Source: Octopus bimaculoides
Taxonomy: Eukaryota
Length of the DNA: 53,618 nt
NCBI RefSeq assembly: GCF_001194135.2
Contig: NC_068981.1
Span: 180,315,600-180,369,217, forward strand
Direction of reading: 5' to 3'
Shown here one piece after another: positions 50,280 through 53,618 of this stretch (the first letter of the stretch is position 1; each line of letters starts with the position of its first letter). The translations under genes and the position numbers were made by a program. Below the pieces are notes generated by a model. The model worked only from the letters and a program-made list of their open reading frames with translations. It was not told where the DNA came from and ran no database searches.

Positions 50280-51095
50280 TCGGATAGTTCTTAATTATCT
50301 TAAGACCCTCGGATAGTTCTTAATTATTGGTTATTCTTTACATGAAAGCAGGCAACAACAAATCACCAAAGGTTTCAAGTAGTGCCTTTTCCTGTGACTC
50401 AAAGAGACAATACTCTCCTTAGAATACGAGCTGTACCCAACAACGCTGTCTTCTGGAACACCTCGAGCCTGCCAGTAGCTCCGATATTCTTAATACGTTT
50501 TTCAAAGCCCTTCGAAAGTGCTCCTAATGCTCCAATTGCCACCTGTATTACCATTACTTTCCTCATGCCCCATAACTTTTCTATTTCCTTATATTTCACC
50601 TTCGAATCGCCTGGTATTGCAACATCTATTATCTTTACTTCTTTTTCATCTTTATTGATGAGCACGATATCTGGTCGTCTCACCTTTATGACTTGGTCAC
50701 ACTACATATTAAAATCCCAGAGTATTTTGTAATGTTCATTTTCCATTACTCCTTCTGGCTGGTGTTCATACCATTGTTCGGCTCTCTCGAAGTTTGCTTT
50801 ACCGCACAACAGCTAGTGGACATATCTGGCCACATTGTCGTTCCTCCTTTTATATTCATGTTGTGTGAGCTTACAGCACTCACTAACAAACATGGCTTAT
50901 ACTTTCTCCCTTCTCAGAGCACATCTTACACAGTAGCGAGTCAGCGCTTTTATCAATGTGATATTTGGTGTAGTTTGTTCTGAGAGCTTGTTCTTGAGCG
51001 CTGCACACTAATGCCTCAGTGGGCCCTTTTAAGTCTCCTTTCTGCAGCCATTGCCAGGTTCTATTCCAATCAATCTCATCTTTATTCTTCAAGAA
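50279..51095 (-). mobile_element. R4/Dong LINE 3' fragment (CCHC knuckle + RLE + 3' UTR) with (AAT)n tail
   Basis: TWQWLQKGDLKGPTEALVCSAQEQALRTN..CKMCSEKGESISHVC; RRPDIVLINK..IIDVAIPGD..IGALG..QKTALLGTARILRRVL*; tail tract 50206-50275. Confidence 0.92.
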
Positions 51096-51098
51096 CTG

Positions 51099-51310
51099 AC
51101 TGATATGGCTGCTACATTAGGGAATGATGCTGCAGCTTTGCCAACAGTTATCAAGCGCAAATATATGCAGCTAAGTTCAGGAAAGGATAGGAGAGTCTTG
51201 AAGATGATCCAAGGTCTCGAGGTCCTGCAACTGACACCACCGAGAAAGGCATTGATCGTATTCACAACGATTGACTATAAATCAAACAGTCAATACTGTC
51301 AGCATATCCT
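51099..51310 (+). pseudogene. Mariner transposase N-terminal (HTH region) fragment
   Basis: DMAATLGNDAAALPTV, frameshift, then AAKFRKG*ESLEDDPRSRGPATDTTEKGIDRIH. Confidence 0.75.
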
Positions 51311-51619
51311 GTAAGAGATATGAGAATAATCTACTCTAAAAATGGATTATTTCACGTTCTTGCGAGGTTTCTAAGTTTTTATGATGTAAACAATACATAC
51401 ATATATTTGTGCGTGTGTGTTTGTGTGCCTTACTCTCCCCTATTCAGTTTTCTCCGTACCTGATTTAGAACAAAGATAATAATTTGGTTATAGAACATGG
51501 AATTCACTCTGTAGCACAGATATATATGTATGGACATATAAACATAAAACAATAAAGTATGAAGTATATAAACATAACATATATTATTTTATTCATTTAT
51601 TCTTTTATTAATTTATTCT

Positions 51620-51816
51620 TTCACCTGTTTCAGTCATTTGACTGTGGCCATACTAGAGAACGGTCTTTAGTCGAACAAATCGATCCCAGGACTTATTCTT
51701 TGTAAGCCTAGCACTTATTCTATTGAATCCTTGTGTCGAAACGTTAGGTTACGGCGACGTAAACACACCAGTATCGGTTGTCAAGCGATGGTGGGAGGAC
51801 AAACACAGACACACAA

Positions 51817-51867
<51 letters not shown>

Positions 51868-51882
51868 NNNNNNNNNNNNNNN

Positions 51883-51924
<42 letters not shown>

Positions 51925-52083
51925 GACGGGCTTCTGTCAGTTTCCGTCTACCTAATCCACTCACAAGGCTTTGGTCGGCTCGTGACTATAGTAGAAAACA
52001 CTTACGCAGGATGCCACGCAGTATAACTGAACGCGGAACCATGTGGGTGGGAAGCAATCTTCTTACCACACATCCACTCCTGG
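51620..52083 (-). mobile_element. SINE family C
   Basis: Full reverse-complement architecture with expanded (TA)n and a small gap. Confidence 0.88.
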
Positions 52084-52221
52084 GGCGGGGTGTGTGAGTG
52101 CGCACGTATAAAAATGTGCATGCATGACTGTGTGCATGTATGTGAATGTGTATGTATGTGTGTGTGTGTGTGTCTGTCTGTCTGTGTGTCTGTCTGTCTG
52201 TGTGTCTGTGTGTGTGAAGTC

Positions 52222-52345
52222 GCAGGCATGGGTATGTAATTTGTGTTTTCTCCTCAGCTACATAGTTCTGGGTTCAGTCACATTGGACAAGTGCCTTCTA
52301 CTATAGCCCGGACCGAGCAAAGACTTGTGAGCGGACTTCGTAGAT
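52222..52345 (+). mobile_element. SINE family C, degenerate 5' half
   Basis: gttctgggttcagtc...ttggacaagtgccttctactatagcccggaccgagcaaagacttgtgag. Confidence 0.7.
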
Positions 52346-52363
52346 AAAAGCTGGAAGCCCGTT

Positions 52364-52404
<41 letters not shown>

Positions 52405-52406
<2 letters not shown>

Positions 52407-53531
52407 GGGTGTGTAAGGTATTTGAGGACATACCTTTTTGGGGTCATTGCTGCATATTTTCCTTACTGTGTATAATCTTTCTTTCAGAAAATAATAACGG
52501 CAGACTCTCAGCTTATTCAAGAAACGAAGAGACATGCTATTATTGTGGTTATAAAGGCTGGGCAAAACGATTTTAAAATATCGCGATTTTTAGAAGTTGC
52601 TAGATCTTTCATCTACAAAGATTGCAACGAGCTACACAATGAAGATGGAAACGTGTCACCAGTATCACAGCATGAAAAGCATTCTAAACGCTTTGAAATC
52701 ATCAGAACACTTGAATGTATGCAGCAAGTTCAACAGACCATTGATTCCAATCCCAGAAAATCCATTAGATCAAATGCAAAATGTCTCCATTTGTCAGAAG
52801 AAACAGTCAGAAATGTTGTCCACGAAGACATCAGATATAAATCTTATATGATGAGGAAAAGTCAATTTATCAGAAAAAGCAAAAGAAAATCACTAAATCA
52901 GATCTAAAAGGTTCTTAAACAAACAGAAAAATCCAGCAGAAGATTTGATTTAGTATTTCTCAAACGAGAAAAACTTCAACCAAGATCAAAAAGTTAACAG
53001 AAATGACAGATGGTCACGTACAGACCCTTCTGAAGTTCCAAGTGTTATGCATACAAAATTTCCTGCAACTGTCATGGTTTTAGGGGCTGTCAGCAATGAA
53101 GGATATGTTATGTTCCCTTACTTCTTTCCACAAGGCCTTTGAGTTAACTTTGTCGCATATATTAAGGTCCTGGAAACAATTTTTAAGCCCTGGATAGACA
53201 GTGTATGCAATGGAAGGCCATATGTGTTTCAGTAAGACTCTGCACTATCAGACATGGCCCTTGTAACACAGGTATAGATAGCTGAAAATTTTCACGATCA
53301 CATAACCCATAACCTTTGGCCTTCTAATTCCCCAGATTTCAATCCATTGAACTACTACATATGGTGCATTGTCGAGAGAGATGTCAATGAACACGCCCAT
53401 AGCACCAAAGATTCTTTGAAATCTGCCATAGTCAGAGTAATGTCTGAAAGGAACCAGCAGCACTTGATTCGAGCATGTAGATGATTTAGATCTCATACAG
53501 CAGTTGTTGAAGCTGAAGGTGGCTTTATTGA

Positions 53532-53535
<4 letters not shown>
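52405..53535 (+). pseudogene. Decayed maT (DD37D) Tc1/mariner transposon with near full-length transposase (52497-53535)
   Basis: FSNEKNF, KFPATVMVLGAVSNEG, YVFQ*DSA, then 37 residues to WPSNSPDFNPLNYYIW, and VEAEGGFIE*; stops and a frameshift; left end ta-tagggtg resembles CAGGGTG termini. Confidence 0.9.

Positions 53536-53602
<67 letters not shown>
53533..53602. repeat. (GATA)n microsatellite
   Basis: Directly visible, starting at the transposase stop codon. Confidence 0.95.
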
Positions 53603-53618
53603 TCGATACATATATATA

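Overview
AT-rich, repeat-saturated eukaryotic scaffold with N-gaps. The SINE families and dense (TA/TG/CA/AAT/GAA/GATA)n microsatellites look like an Octopus (coleoid cephalopod) intronic/intergenic region; this is recognition from memory, not a database result. No intact recognisable gene is present, and every long ORF in the track is a microsatellite, N-gap or transposon artefact. Supported content: about 30 SINE or SINE-like repeat copies (my labels: A, B, C, D, E), remnants of R4/Dong-, RTE- and HERO-like LINEs, two DD37D (maT)-type and one mariner transposase remnant, and two MITEs. A few small candidate exons are low confidence. I see no clearly complete new biological system. The best leads are: a 173-bp inverted, locally templated insertion inside a SINE; an R4/RTE reverse-transcriptase chimeric junction; a hammerhead-ribozyme-like core in a tRNA-headed SINE; a tandem RFX X-box/NRF1-like/CCAAT module; and a ~400-bp inverted repeat pair that could form an ADAR substrate.
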